Notes: generated from the sequence alone by a model not told the origin. A DNA stretch of 31,834 nucleotides from a virus (IMGVR_UViG_2974619728_000001:1-31834); one strand, 5' to 3'. Numbered from the stretch's first letter, positions 17,339-26,926 are shown. Program-made: numbers and translations.

Positions 17339-18529
17339 ATGAGTGACTATCATCACGGCGTGCAGGTACTGGAGATTAACGACGGCACCCGCGTCATTTC
17401 CACCGTATCCACAGCCATTGTCGGCATGGTCTGCACGGCCAGCGATGCGGATGCGGAAACCTTCCCCATCAATAAACCGGTGCTGATTACCAATGTGCAG
17501 AACGCAATTGCAAAGGCTGGTAAAAAAGGCACGCTGGCGGCATCGTTGCAGGCCATCGCCGACCAGTCAAAACCGATCACCGTTGTCGTGCGTGTGGAAG
17601 ACGGCACCGGCGACGACGAGGAAACGAAACTCGCGCAGACCGTTTCCAATATCATCGGCACCACCGACGAAAACGGTCAGTACACAGGACTGAAAGCCCT
17701 GCTGGCGGCGGAGTCGGTAACCGGTGTTAAACCGCGTATTCTCGGCGTGCCGGGACTGGACACCAAAGAGGTGGCTGTTGCACTGGCATCAGTCTGTCAG
17801 AAGCTGCGCGCTTTCGGGTATATCAGCGCATGGGGCTGTAAAACCATTTCCGAGGTGAAAGCCTACCGTCAGAATTTCAGCCAGCGTGAGCTGATGGTCA
17901 TCTGGCCGGATTTCCTCGCATGGGATACGGTTGCCAGTACCACCGCCACCGCGTATGCCACCGCCCGTGCGCTGGGTCTGCGTGCCAGAATCGACCAGGA
18001 GCAGGGCTGGCATAAAACGCTGTCCAACGTCGGGGTGAACGGTGTTACCGGCATCAGCGCATCTGTATTCTGGGATTTGCAGGAGTCCGGCACCGATGCT
18101 GACCTGCTGAATGAGTCAGGCGTCACAACGCTGATTCGCCGTGACGGTTTCCGCTTCTGGGGTAACCGTACCTGCTCTGATGACCCGCTGTTCCTCTTTG
18201 AAAACTACACCCGCACCGCGCAGGTGCTGGCCGACACGATGGCTGAGGCGCACATGTGGGCGGTGGACAAGCCCATCACCGCAACGCTGATTCGCGACAT
18301 CGTTGACGGCATCAATGCCAAATTCCGTGAGCTGAAAACAAACGGCTATATCGTGGATGCGACCTGCTGGTTCAGCGAAGAATCCAACGATGCGGAAACC
18401 CTCAAGGCCGGAAAACTGTATATCGACTACGACTATACCCCGGTGCCTCCTCTCGAAAACCTGACCCTGCGCCAGCGTATTACCGATAAATACCTGGCAA
18501 ATCTGGTCACTTCGGTTAACAGCAATTAA
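17339..18529 (+). CDS. FI: tail sheath protein, P2 gpFI-like, 396 aa
   Basis: Full ORF; size and position match the contractile-tail sheath. Confidence 0.92.
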   Translation: MSDYHHGVQVLEINDGTRVISTVSTAIVGMVCTASDADAETFPINKPVLITNVQNAIAKAGKKGTLAASLQAIADQSKPITVVVRVEDGTGDDEETKLAQTVSNIIGTTDENGQYTGLKALLAAESVTGVKPRILGVPGLDTKEVAVALASVCQKLRAFGYISAWGCKTISEVKAYRQNFSQRELMVIWPDFLAWDTVASTTATAYATARALGLRARIDQEQGWHKTLSNVGVNGVTGISASVFWDLQESGTDADLLNESGVTTLIRRDGFRFWGNRTCSDDPLFLFENYTRTAQVLADTMAEAHMWAVDKPITATLIRDIVDGINAKFRELKTNGYIVDATCWFSEESNDAETLKAGKLYIDYDYTPVPPLENLTLRQRITDKYLANLVTSVNSN

Positions 18530-18541
18530 GGAGCCTGACCG

Positions 18542-19060
18542 ATGGCAATGCCGCGCAAACTCAAGTTAATGAACGTCTTTCTGAACGGCTACAGCTATCA
18601 GGGCGTTGCAAAGTCCGTCACGCTGCCAAAACTGACCCGTAAGCTCGAAAACTATCGCGGTGCGGGAATGAACGGCAGCGCACCGGTAGACCTCGGCCTT
18701 GATGACGATGCGCTGTCAATGGAGTGGTCGCTCGGGGGCTTCCCGGATTCGGTTATCTGGGAGCTTTACGCCGCAACCGGTGTGGATGCTGTGCCGATTC
18801 GTTTTGCAGGCTCTTACCAGCGTGACGATACCGGCGAAACGGTGGCCGTCGAGGTGGTCATGCGTGGACGTCAGAAAGAAATCGACACCGGCGAGGGTAA
18901 ACAGGGAGAAGACACCGAGTCGAAAATCTCCGTGGTCTGCACCTATTTCCGGCTGACGATGGACGGTAAGGAGCTGGTCGAAATCGACACCATCAACATG
19001 ATTGAGAAGGTGAACGGCGTCGACCGGCTGGAGCAACACCGCCGCAATATCGGCCTGTGA
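18542..19060 (+). CDS. FII: tail tube protein, P2 gpFII-like, 172 aa
   Basis: Full ORF immediately after sheath. Confidence 0.9.
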   Translation: MAMPRKLKLMNVFLNGYSYQGVAKSVTLPKLTRKLENYRGAGMNGSAPVDLGLDDDALSMEWSLGGFPDSVIWELYAATGVDAVPIRFAGSYQRDDTGETVAVEVVMRGRQKEIDTGEGKQGEDTESKISVVCTYFRLTMDGKELVEIDTINMIEKVNGVDRLEQHRRNIGL

Positions 19061-19116
19061 TTTTCATCCGGTCAGCCTGGCTGACCGGTTAACCCCGATT
19101 CATAAGTGAGAAAACC

Positions 19117-19392
19117 ATGAACAAAGAAAATGTGATTACCCTGGACAATCCGGTCAAACGTGGTGAGCAGGTTATCGAACAGGTCACGCTGATGAAACCC
19201 AGTGCCGGGACGCTGCGCGGTGTCAGTCTGGCTGCGGTCGCGAACTCCGAAGTCGATGCACTGATTAAGGTGCTGCCGCGCATGACGGCACCGATGCTGA
19301 CCGAGCAGGAAGTCGCCGCACTGGAACTGCCTGACCTTGTGGCGCTGGCCGGTAAGGTGGTCGGTTTTTTGTCGCCGAACTCGGTGCAGTGA
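19117..19392 (+). CDS. E: tail assembly chaperone E, 91 aa
   Basis: Full ORF MNKENVITLDNPVKRGEQ... preceding the tape measure gene. Confidence 0.88.
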   Translation: MNKENVITLDNPVKRGEQVIEQVTLMKPSAGTLRGVSLAAVANSEVDALIKVLPRMTAPMLTEQEVAALELPDLVALAGKVVGFLSPNSVQ

Positions 19393-19544
19393 CGTTTCCG
19401 AAAAATCTGTCGGTCGATGACCTGATGGCGGATGTGGCAGTGATATTTCACTGGCCGCCATCAGAACTGTATCCCATGAGCCTGACCGAACTCATCACAT
19501 GGCGCGAAAAGGCGCTCCGGCGAAGCGGAAACACGAATGAGTAA
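19117..19544 (+). CDS. E+E': E+E' fusion made by programmed -1 frameshift at slippery run TTTTTTG (about 19366-19372); about 142 aa, ending at TAA 19542-19544 inside the T start
   Basis: Hand translation of the -1 frame from 19368 reads FVAELGAVTFPKNLSVDDLMADVAVIFHWPPSELYPMSLTELITWREKALRRSGNTNE with no stop until 19542; total length matches P2 E+E'. Confidence 0.75.
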
Positions 19545-21984
19545 CAATGTAAAATTACAGGTATTGCTCAGGGCTGTTGACCAGGCATCCCGCCCGTTTA
19601 AATCCATCCGTACAGCGAGTAAGTCGCTGTCGGGGGATATCCGGGAAACACAAAAATCACTGCGCGAGCTGAACGGTCACGCATCCCGTATTGAGGGATT
19701 TCGCAAGACCAGTGCACAGCTCGCCGTGACTGGTCATGCACTTGAAAAGGCACGGCAGGAGGCCGAAGCCCTTGCCACGCAGTTTAAAAATACCGAACGT
19801 CCGACCCGTGCTCAGGCGAAAGTGCTGGAATCCGCAAAGCGTGCGGCGGAGGACTTACAGGCGAAATATAACCGCCTGACAGATTCCGTTAAACGCCAGC
19901 AGCGGGAACTGGCCGCTGTGGGAATTAATACCCGCAATCTTGCACATGATGAGCAGGGACTGAAAAACCGTATCAGTGAAACCACCGCACAGCTTAACCG
20001 GCAGCGTGACGCGCTGGCGCGTGTCAGTGCGCAACAGGCAAAACTTAATGCAGTAAAACAACGTTATCAGGCTGGAAAGGAACTGGCCGGAAATATGGCC
20101 TCAGTGGCCGCTGCCGGTGTGGGGATTGCTGCTGCGGGAACGATGGCCGGAGTTAAGTTGCTGATGCCCGGTTATGAGTTTGCGCAGAAAAACTCAGAAT
20201 TGCAGGCCGTGCTCGGTGTGGCAAAAGACTCCGCCGAAATGACCGCACTCCGCAAGCAGGCGCGCCAGCTCGGCGACAATACCGCAGCCTCGGCAGATGA
20301 TGCAGCCGGTGCGCAGATTATCATTGCGAAAGCCGGTGGGGATGTTGATGCCATTCAGGCGGCAACGCCGGTCACGCTGAATATGGCGCTGGCGAACCGT
20401 CGCACGATGGAAGAAAACGCCGCCCTGCTGATGGGGATGAAATCCGCCTTTCAGCTTTCAAACGATAAGGTCGCTCATATCGGGGATGTTCTCTCCATGA
20501 CGATGAACAAAACCGCCGCCGATTTTGACGGTATGAGCGATGCGCTGACCTATGCCGCACCAGTGGCAAAAAATGCCGGTGTCAGCATTGAAGAAACCGC
20601 CGCAATGGTCGGGGCGCTGCATGACGCAAAAATTACTGGTTCAATGGCGGGGACGGGAAGCCGTGCCGTGTTAAGCCGCCTGCAGGCACCGACGGGAAAA
20701 GCATGGGATGCACTCAAAGAGCTTGGTGTGAAAACCTCAGACAGCAAGGGAAACACCCGACCAGTATTTACCATTCTGAAAGAAATGCAGGCCAGTTTTG
20801 AGAAAAACCGGCTCGGTACTGCCCAGCAGGCTGAATACATGAAAACTATTTTCGGGGAGGAGGCCAGCTCAGCCGCCGCCGTGCTGATGACTGCCGCCTC
20901 AACTGGAAAGCTGGACAAACTGACCGCTGCGTTTAAAGCCTCAGACGGGAAGACCGCTGAGCTGGTAAATATCATGCAGGACAACCTCGGCGGTGACTTT
21001 AAGGAGTTTCAGTCCGCTTATGAGGCGGTGGGGACTGACCTGTTTGACCAGCAGGAAGGCGCACTGCGTAAGCTCACGCAGACGGCCACAAAGTATGTGT
21101 TAAAACTCGACGGCTGGATACAGAAAAACAAATCACTGGCGTCAACCATCGGCATCATTGTCGGTGGTGCACTGGCGCTGATTGGTGTCATCGGTGCCAT
21201 TGGCCTCGTAGCCTGGCCGGTTATCACCGGCATCAATGCCATCATCGCGGCAGCAGGCGCAATGGGAGCAATCTTCACGACGGTTGGCAGTGCTGTTATG
21301 ACGGCCATCGGGGCGATTAGCTGGCCGGTTGTGGCCGTGGTGGCCGCCATTGTCGCCGGGGCGTTACTTATCCGTAAATACTGGGAGCCTGTCAGCGCAT
21401 TCTTTGGCGGTGTGGTTGAAGGGCTGAAAGCGGCATTTGCGCCGGTGGGGGAACTGTTCACGCCACTTAAGCCGGTGTTTGACTGGCTGGGCGAAAAGTT
21501 ACAGGCCGCGTGGCAGTGGTTTAAAAACCTGATTGCCCCGGTCAAAGCCACCCGGGACACCCTGAACCGTTGCCGTGATACGGGCGTCATGTTCGGGCAG
21601 GCACTGGCTGACGCGTTGATGCTGCCGCTTAATGCGTTCAACAAACTGCGCAGCGGTATTGACTGGGTACTGGAAAAACTCGGTGTTATCAACAAAGAGT
21701 CAGGCACGCTTGACCAGACCGCCGCCAGAACTCATGCCGCCACGTATGGCACCGGTGGTTATATTCCGGCGACCAGCTCTTATGCAGGCTATCAGGCTTA
21801 TCAGCCGGTTACGGCACCGGCTGGCCGCTCTTATGTGGACCAGAGTAAAAACGAATATCACATCAGTCTGACGGGCGGTACTGCGCCGGGGACTCAGCTC
21901 GACCGCCAGTTACAGGATGCGCTCGAAAAATACGAGCGGGATAAACGTGCGCGCGCCCGTGCCAGCATGATGCATGACGGTTAA
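19537..21984 (+). CDS. T: tail tape measure protein, P2 gpT-like, 815 aa
   Basis: Long ORF with coiled-coil-like N-terminal part and Gly/Ala-rich hydrophobic central region. Confidence 0.9.
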   Translation: MSNNVKLQVLLRAVDQASRPFKSIRTASKSLSGDIRETQKSLRELNGHASRIEGFRKTSAQLAVTGHALEKARQEAEALATQFKNTERPTRAQAKVLESAKRAAEDLQAKYNRLTDSVKRQQRELAAVGINTRNLAHDEQGLKNRISETTAQLNRQRDALARVSAQQAKLNAVKQRYQAGKELAGNMASVAAAGVGIAAAGTMAGVKLLMPGYEFAQKNSELQAVLGVAKDSAEMTALRKQARQLGDNTAASADDAAGAQIIIAKAGGDVDAIQAATPVTLNMALANRRTMEENAALLMGMKSAFQLSNDKVAHIGDVLSMTMNKTAADFDGMSDALTYAAPVAKNAGVSIEETAAMVGALHDAKITGSMAGTGSRAVLSRLQAPTGKAWDALKELGVKTSDSKGNTRPVFTILKEMQASFEKNRLGTAQQAEYMKTIFGEEASSAAAVLMTAASTGKLDKLTAAFKASDGKTAELVNIMQDNLGGDFKEFQSAYEAVGTDLFDQQEGALRKLTQTATKYVLKLDGWIQKNKSLASTIGIIVGGALALIGVIGAIGLVAWPVITGINAIIAAAGAMGAIFTTVGSAVMTAIGAISWPVVAVVAAIVAGALLIRKYWEPVSAFFGGVVEGLKAAFAPVGELFTPLKPVFDWLGEKLQAAWQWFKNLIAPVKATRDTLNRCRDTGVMFGQALADALMLPLNAFNKLRSGIDWVLEKLGVINKESGTLDQTAARTHAATYGTGGYIPATSSYAGYQAYQPVTAPAGRSYVDQSKNEYHISLTGGTAPGTQLDRQLQDALEKYERDKRARARASMMHDG

Positions 21985-21998
21985 GGAGGTGACGAAAA

Positions 21999-22478
21999 AT
22001 GATGCTCGCGTTAGGTATGTTTGTTTTTATGCGCCAGACGCTGCCACACCAGACCATGCAGCGTGAATCAGATTATCGCTGGCCGTCAAATTCCCGTATC
22101 GGTAAACGGGATGCCTTTCAGTTTCTCGGTGTGGGCGAGGAAAACATCACGCTTGCCGGTGTGCTTTATCCCGAACTGACCGGCGGCAAGCTGACGATGA
22201 CCACGCTCAGACTGATGGCAGAGGAAGGCCGGGCGTGGCCGTTGCTGGATGGCACTGGCATGATTTACGGTATGTATGTCATCAGCAAGGTGAGTGAAAC
22301 AGGGAGTATTTTCTTTGCAGACGGCACACCCCGGAAAATTGATTTTACGCTGTCGCTCACCCGCGTTGATGAATCACTGGCCGCGCTTTATGGCGATATC
22401 GGTAAACAGGCGGAGTCGCTCATCGGTAAGGCCGGCAGTCTGGCGACCAGATTCACAGGTATGATGGGGGCGGGATAA
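21999..22478 (+). CDS. U: tail protein, P2 gpU-like, 159 aa
   Basis: Full ORF after T. Confidence 0.88.
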   Translation: MMLALGMFVFMRQTLPHQTMQRESDYRWPSNSRIGKRDAFQFLGVGEENITLAGVLYPELTGGKLTMTTLRLMAEEGRAWPLLDGTGMIYGMYVISKVSETGSIFFADGTPRKIDFTLSLTRVDESLAALYGDIGKQAESLIGKAGSLATRFTGMMGAG

Positions 22479-23641
22479 TGCTGGATGCGCTGACATTTGA
22501 TGCAGGCAGTACGCTGACGCCGGATTACATGCTGATGCTCGACAGCAGGGATATTACCGGCAATATCAGCGACCGTCTGATGAGCATGACTCTGACGGAT
22601 AACCGGGGCTTTGAAGCTGACCAGCTTGATATTGAACTGAACGATGCCGACGGGCAGGTCGGGCTGCCGGTTCGTGGCGCTGTCCTGACGGTGTATATCG
22701 GCTGGAAAGGTTTTGCCCTGGTATGCAAAGGGAAATTCACCGTTGATGAGGTTGAACACCGGGGCGCGCCGGATGTGGTCACCATCCGCGCCCGGAGTGC
22801 AGATTTCCGCGGGACGCTCAATTCCCGCCGGGAAGGCTCCTGGCATGACACCACGCTCGGTGCGATTGTTGAGGCGATAGCCTCCCGTAACAGGCTGGAA
22901 GCCAGTGTCGCTCCGTCACTGGCCGGAATTAAAATCCCGCACATCGACCAGTCGCAGGAGTCTGATGCGAAATTCCTGACCCGTCTTGCAGAACGCAACG
23001 GCGGTGAGGTGTCGGTAAAAATGGGAAAACTGTTGTTTCTCAAAGCGGGGCAGGGGGTGACGGCCAGCGGTAAAAAAATCCCGCAGGTCACCATCACCCG
23101 CAGCGACGGCGACCGCCATCATTTTGCGATTGCTGACCGTGGAGCCTATACCGGCGTAACGGCAAAGTGGTTACACACCAAAGACCCGAAGCCGCAAAAG
23201 CAGAAGGTAAAACTGAAACGCAAAAAGAAAGAAAAACACCTGCGCGCACTGGAGCACCCGAAAGCAAAACCGGTCAGGCAGAAGAAAGCGCCAAAAGTAC
23301 CGGAAGCGCGCGAAGGTGAATACATGGCCGGTGAGGCTGACAACGTTTTTGCCCTGACCACGGTATATGCCACGAAAGCACAGGCCATGCGTGCCGCTCA
23401 GGCGAAGTGGGATAAACTGCAACGGGGCGTTGCGGAGTTCTCCATCAGCCTGGCTACCGGTCGTGCTGATATTTACACGGAAACACCGGTTAAAGTATCA
23501 GGCTTTAAGCGCGTCATAGACGAGCAGGACTGGACAATCACTAAGGTGACACATTTTCTGAATAATAGCGGCTTCACGACGTCCTTAGAGCTTGAGGTCA
23601 GGCTTTCTGATGTGGAGTACGAAACAGAAGATGATGAGTGA
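22478..23641 (+). CDS. D: tail protein D (late tail gene), 387 aa
   Basis: Full ORF overlapping U stop; Lys-rich internal segment; matches P2 gpD. Confidence 0.88.
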   Translation: MLDALTFDAGSTLTPDYMLMLDSRDITGNISDRLMSMTLTDNRGFEADQLDIELNDADGQVGLPVRGAVLTVYIGWKGFALVCKGKFTVDEVEHRGAPDVVTIRARSADFRGTLNSRREGSWHDTTLGAIVEAIASRNRLEASVAPSLAGIKIPHIDQSQESDAKFLTRLAERNGGEVSVKMGKLLFLKAGQGVTASGKKIPQVTITRSDGDRHHFAIADRGAYTGVTAKWLHTKDPKPQKQKVKLKRKKKEKHLRALEHPKAKPVRQKKAPKVPEAREGEYMAGEADNVFALTTVYATKAQAMRAAQAKWDKLQRGVAEFSISLATGRADIYTETPVKVSGFKRVIDEQDWTITKVTHFLNNSGFTTSLELEVRLSDVEYETEDDE

Positions 23642-23722
23642 TGTAATTTATTTATCTGTTTGTTTTATAAGGATAAATTAACTAAAATGGCACTATCAAC
23701 AAAACCGGAAGAGGTGCTCGCG

Positions 23723-23941
23723 ATGTTTCATTGTCCTTTATGCCAGCATGCCGCACATGCGCGTACAAGCCGCTATATCACTGACACGACAAAAGAGCGT
23801 TATCACCAGTGTCAGAACGTGAATTGCAGCGCCACGTTCATCACCTATGAGTCGGTACAGAGATACATCGTGAAGCCGGGAGAAGTCCACGCCGTAAGGC
23901 CGCACCCGTTGCCGTCAGGGCAGCAAATTATGTGGATGTGA
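23723..23941 (+). CDS. ogr: late gene transcription activator Ogr (zinc-finger), 72 aa
   Basis: MFHCPLCQHAAHARTSRYITDTT...CQNVNCSATF has the CxxC...CxxxxC Ogr zinc-finger pattern; start placed at internal Met to match 72 aa. Confidence 0.88.
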   Translation: MFHCPLCQHAAHARTSRYITDTTKERYHQCQNVNCSATFITYESVQRYIVKPGEVHAVRPHPLPSGQQIMWM

Positions 23942-23952
23942 TCACAAAAATA

Positions 23953-23980
23953 GCCCCTCAGTTGAGGGGCTTTATTTATG
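23953..23980 (+). terminator. rho-independent terminator after ogr
   Basis: GCCCCTC-AGTT-GAGGGGC stem-loop followed by TTTATTTAT. Confidence 0.7.
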
Positions 23981-23984
23981 GTCG

Positions 23985-24200
23985 ATGTGGACGCTATGTG
24001 GACAGCGGTTGACATAAATCCATTTATATCATCAGGTTAGGTGCTTTTTTTTGACACCATCCCTGTCTTCCCCCACATGATGTGGGGGTTTTTTTTATCA
24101 ATTACTTACATGCAATCAAAAGTAAAAACAGGTACTTATCGAAAGCTGTAAGGGTTTGGAGCGGTTTCAAAATTTCTTGAGTGTGGACACTATGTGGACA
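23985..24200. other. attP: attP-like region: two pairs of direct TGTGGAC(A) repeats flanking a ~180-bp segment that includes a strong hairpin/T-tract
   Basis: ATGTGGAC at 23985-23992 and 23996-24003; TGTGGACA at 24183-24190 and 24193-24200; sits between ogr and int as in P2. Confidence 0.6.
24070..24096 (+). terminator. hairpin CCCCCACAT-G-ATGTGGGGG followed by T8 inside the attP-like region
   Basis: Seen directly; may be the copied 3' end/terminator of the host target gene. Confidence 0.55.
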
Positions 24201-24215
24201 CTCAGAGGGGGAAAT

Positions 24216-25196
24216 TTATAACGTCACTCCGCCTTTTAGTGGATTCAGAGCGACGGCATTTTGCAGATAGTCAGGCGCAAGGTGCGCATAGGCCATCGTC
24301 TGCTGAATACTCGCATGTCCCAGAATCTGTTGCAGTGCGATTATATTGCCCCCATTCATCATGAAATGGCTTGCGAATGTATGCCGCAGGATGTGGGTTG
24401 CCTGATTGGGTGGTATATCAGGCTTCACTCTGCGTAGAATCCCGCAAAACTTCTCATAATCAACTTTGAACAATTTGGCGCTAGCCTCCTCTTTAACTTT
24501 TTTCTCCAGTTCCTCAGAAATCGGCACGGTTCGCTTTTTACCGTTTTTGGTTTTCAGGAAGGTAACCCTGCAACTTGTAATCTGTGCTGGTTTTAGCGTG
24601 GCAACTTCCGTCCATCTTCCCCCAGTGCTCAGACATAAAAGCGCGACAAGTAAGTCATCACCAGCCAAAACATTTAACAGTTTTTCGATTTCTGCTTTTT
24701 CCAGGAACGTCATTTCAGGGGTGGCCTCCGCCAGTGGCGGCAGTCCGTGAATTGGGTGTTGCCCGGAAAATTCATCCAATTGAATTAATTTTGTGAACAT
24801 GCCGGATAATCGGTACATGTCACGGTTTATCGTTGCGGCACTGATGCCATCACGTAGTCGCATGGAACGATAATCCATCAAAGCCCTTTTGCTCATCCGG
24901 CTCACTGGTATATCACCTATGCCGCTGATGGTTTTGAGCAGATGATTAAACTCTTTTGTTCCATGCTCGTGGTTTTGCCCGTGATATTTCCACCAGATGT
25001 CCAGCAACTCACTCAAAGTCCGGCGGTCTACTCGCTGGCCTCCCCATTCTTTCTGACTGGCATTGGCGATTGTGTATCGCTCAAATGCTAGTGCTTCAGC
25101 TTTTCTTTCGAATTTCCTGCGGATGCGTTTTCCGTCGCGACCGCGAGGTCTAATGTCCACTTCATAGCGACCATCATCGAGCTTCTTAATTGCCAT
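24216..25196 (-). CDS. int: tyrosine integrase, P2 Int-like, about 326 aa
   Basis: MAIKKLDDGRYEVDIRPRGRDGKRIRRKF N-terminus; C-terminal HxxR...Y recombinase pattern (ATHILRHTFASH...MAYAHLAPDY); start placed at internal Met. Confidence 0.88.
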   Translation of the reverse strand: MAIKKLDDGRYEVDIRPRGRDGKRIRRKFERKAEALAFERYTIANASQKEWGGQRVDRRTLSELLDIWWKYHGQNHEHGTKEFNHLLKTISGIGDIPVSRMSKRALMDYRSMRLRDGISAATINRDMYRLSGMFTKLIQLDEFSGQHPIHGLPPLAEATPEMTFLEKAEIEKLLNVLAGDDLLVALLCLSTGGRWTEVATLKPAQITSCRVTFLKTKNGKKRTVPISEELEKKVKEEASAKLFKVDYEKFCGILRRVKPDIPPNQATHILRHTFASHFMMNGGNIIALQQILGHASIQQTMAYAHLAPDYLQNAVALNPLKGGVTL

Positions 25197-25265
25197 AAGA
25201 AAGCCCTCCGGCGCTGTATTCACCATCTTGGTAGCAAATGGTGAAAATGTAATCTTTATATAGAG

Positions 25266-25559
25266 TTAGCCAATCCTTTTCGCGGAGTGGTTGGACTCTG
25301 TTGACTCTGGCCCAATGTGCGCGAGAGCCGGTGCGATTTGTCCTGCGTCCGGCGCGGTTTTATCTGTCATAAGCCATAGAGCATATTTTTGGAATGTGGG
25401 ATGCATAGTGATTTTTAGCAAAGCTGTGCCACCGGGTTCAAAGTTTCCTCCTTCATATTTTTTAAGTGTGCTTAGCGGTAACTCTATGATTTCACAGAAT
25501 TTTGATTGGCTTAGCCCTTCAGCCTCACGCAAGGCCTTAATCTTTTCGCTTAATTTCAT
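25266..25559 (-). CDS. C: immunity repressor C (P2 C-like), 97 aa
   Basis: Small ORF divergent from cox; shares ...GQIAPALAH... with P2-family C but is clearly diverged elsewhere. Confidence 0.75.
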   Translation of the reverse strand: MKLSEKIKALREAEGLSQSKFCEIIELPLSTLKKYEGGNFEPGGTALLKITMHPTFQKYALWLMTDKTAPDAGQIAPALAHIGPESTESNHSAKRIG

Positions 25560-25680
25560 TTGACATGGTGCCTATATATGGACTAAATTCCCTCAAAACT
25601 GGAATCTATATAGGTTCCATTGATTTGAGAATAAACCAGCGTCTAAACGGTTTTGAGTGGTTTAGAAAGGGCTGGATCCT
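25560..25680. promoter_or_regulatory. C/cox divergent promoter-operator switch region (Pc/Pe)
   Basis: 121-bp gap between divergent C and cox; contains TTGACA at 25560-25565 and repeated ATATA(T)GG motifs. Confidence 0.55.
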
Positions 25681-25968
25681 ATGAGGGTACCATATATGGA
25701 CGCTGAAAATTATGTGATTCAGTATCCGCTTGATGCGGTTCATGTGGATAAATTTGCTGATTTATTAGGGAAGCCAAAGACAGCCGTCAGTGAAATGGTG
25801 AAGGCAAATAAATTACCAATTATTGAATTGCGTGATCCTTGCAAACCGAAGGCTCGTGCCGGTGAAAAATGGGTTTTCATTCCTGAGTTTAATCGCGCTG
25901 TACGTGAGGCGTTTTATAACCGACCGGTTGAACAGCGTGATGCATGGCTTTTGTGGATGGGGTTGTGA
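25681..25968 (+). CDS. cox: Cox-like excisionase/transcriptional regulator, about 90-95 aa (start may be internal Met at 25696)
   Basis: Position, size and ...GEKWVFIPEFN...RDAWLLWMGL resemble P2 Cox. Confidence 0.75.
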   Translation: MRVPYMDAENYVIQYPLDAVHVDKFADLLGKPKTAVSEMVKANKLPIIELRDPCKPKARAGEKWVFIPEFNRAVREAFYNRPVEQRDAWLLWMGL

Positions 25969-25970
25969 TT

Positions 25971-26141
25971 ATGAATGAGCCGCGTTGTATTGCTCAGTTA
26001 CTGCGTAACGAAAGCCCCAGGGCGATTGACTTCACCATCACCCACGGGAAGGGTCGCAAGGGAATCATTATCCGCACCAAAAAACAGAGTCCGTTAAAAA
26101 AGGCTCTGACCTTTCTGAAAAGCCGGAGGGTCTGGAAATGA
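25971..26141 (+). CDS. small early protein, P2 orf78-like, 56 aa
   Basis: MNEPRCIAQLLRNES...; short ORF between cox and B as in P2; function unknown. Confidence 0.55.
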   Translation: MNEPRCIAQLLRNESPRAIDFTITHGKGRKGIIIRTKKQSPLKKALTFLKSRRVWK

Positions 26142-26638
26142 CAGTGATGACGCTCAATCTCGTCGAAAAACAGCCAGCAGCTATGCGCCGGATAATTGGC
26201 AAGCATCTTGCCGTCCCTCGCTGGCAGGATACATGTGATTATTATAATCAGATGATGGAGCGCGAACGGTTAACGGTTTGCTTTCATGCGCAGTTAAAAC
26301 AGCGTCACGCAACGATGCGTTTTGAAGAAATGAACGACGTCGAACGTGAACGGCTGGTTTGTGCAATTGATGAACTGCGTGGGGCATTCTCAAAACGCCG
26401 TCAGGTCGGTGCAAGTGAGTATGCATATATTAGTTTTTTAACAGTCAGTCAGCGTCGTACTTTATTTATGCATGCGGGATTGACAGAAAAAGAATTCAAT
26501 CAGCCGTACTGGCGCATTAATGAAGAATCATGTTACTGGCGTGATGCTTTATTCCGTGCATTACGTGAATTATTCAGTCTGTTTGAGTATGCACCGACAA
26601 TTCTGACGTCGGTAAAACCAGAGCAATATCTGCATTAA
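26138..26638 (+). CDS. B: replication protein B (helicase-loader-like), 166 aa
   Basis: Full ORF; size and position match P2 gpB. Confidence 0.85.
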   Translation: MTVMTLNLVEKQPAAMRRIIGKHLAVPRWQDTCDYYNQMMERERLTVCFHAQLKQRHATMRFEEMNDVERERLVCAIDELRGAFSKRRQVGASEYAYISFLTVSQRRTLFMHAGLTEKEFNQPYWRINEESCYWRDALFRALRELFSLFEYAPTILTSVKPEQYLH

Positions 26639-26701
26639 GTAATTAACCAGAGTTTTTAACGCACTTAATCGTGCGGGGCTTCTTTTTGCCTGGAGAAAGT
26701 C

Positions 26702-26926
26702 ATGCATACAGTTTCTGAAAATCAGTGCGGTAAATACACATTACTGCTGCAACAGGCCAGAACCGAAGCACAGGCCGACGCTGCGACGCGCTTTTCTTCT
26801 CATCTTGACGCCATGATTCGCCACATAACAAAGGCGGAGTTATCCCGCGTGGAGATAGTCGAGCTGCTCAGTCAGGAGTCGGAAAAATTTCACAATATCG
26901 GATTGTCTCGCGGGGAGGTGCTTTGA
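26702..26926 (+). CDS. small early protein (P2 orf80 position), 74 aa
   Basis: ORF in early operon; function unknown. Confidence 0.6.
   Translation: MHTVSENQCGKYTLLLQQARTEAQADAATRFSSHLDAMIRHITKAELSRVEIVELLSQESEKFHNIGLSRGEVL

Noticed and set aside
19072-19461. Minus-strand ORFs 19072-19461 and 19089-19451 overlapping gene E
   Set aside because: Antisense to the conserved E/E' chaperone region; no support beyond open frame.
20172-21707. Minus-strand ORFs inside the tape measure gene T
   Set aside because: Ala/Ser/Pro-rich antisense translations of the Gly/Ala-rich T gene; frame shadows.
25291-25563. Plus-strand ORF antisense to repressor gene C
   Set aside because: Overlaps C completely on the opposite strand; C is supported by position and family similarity.
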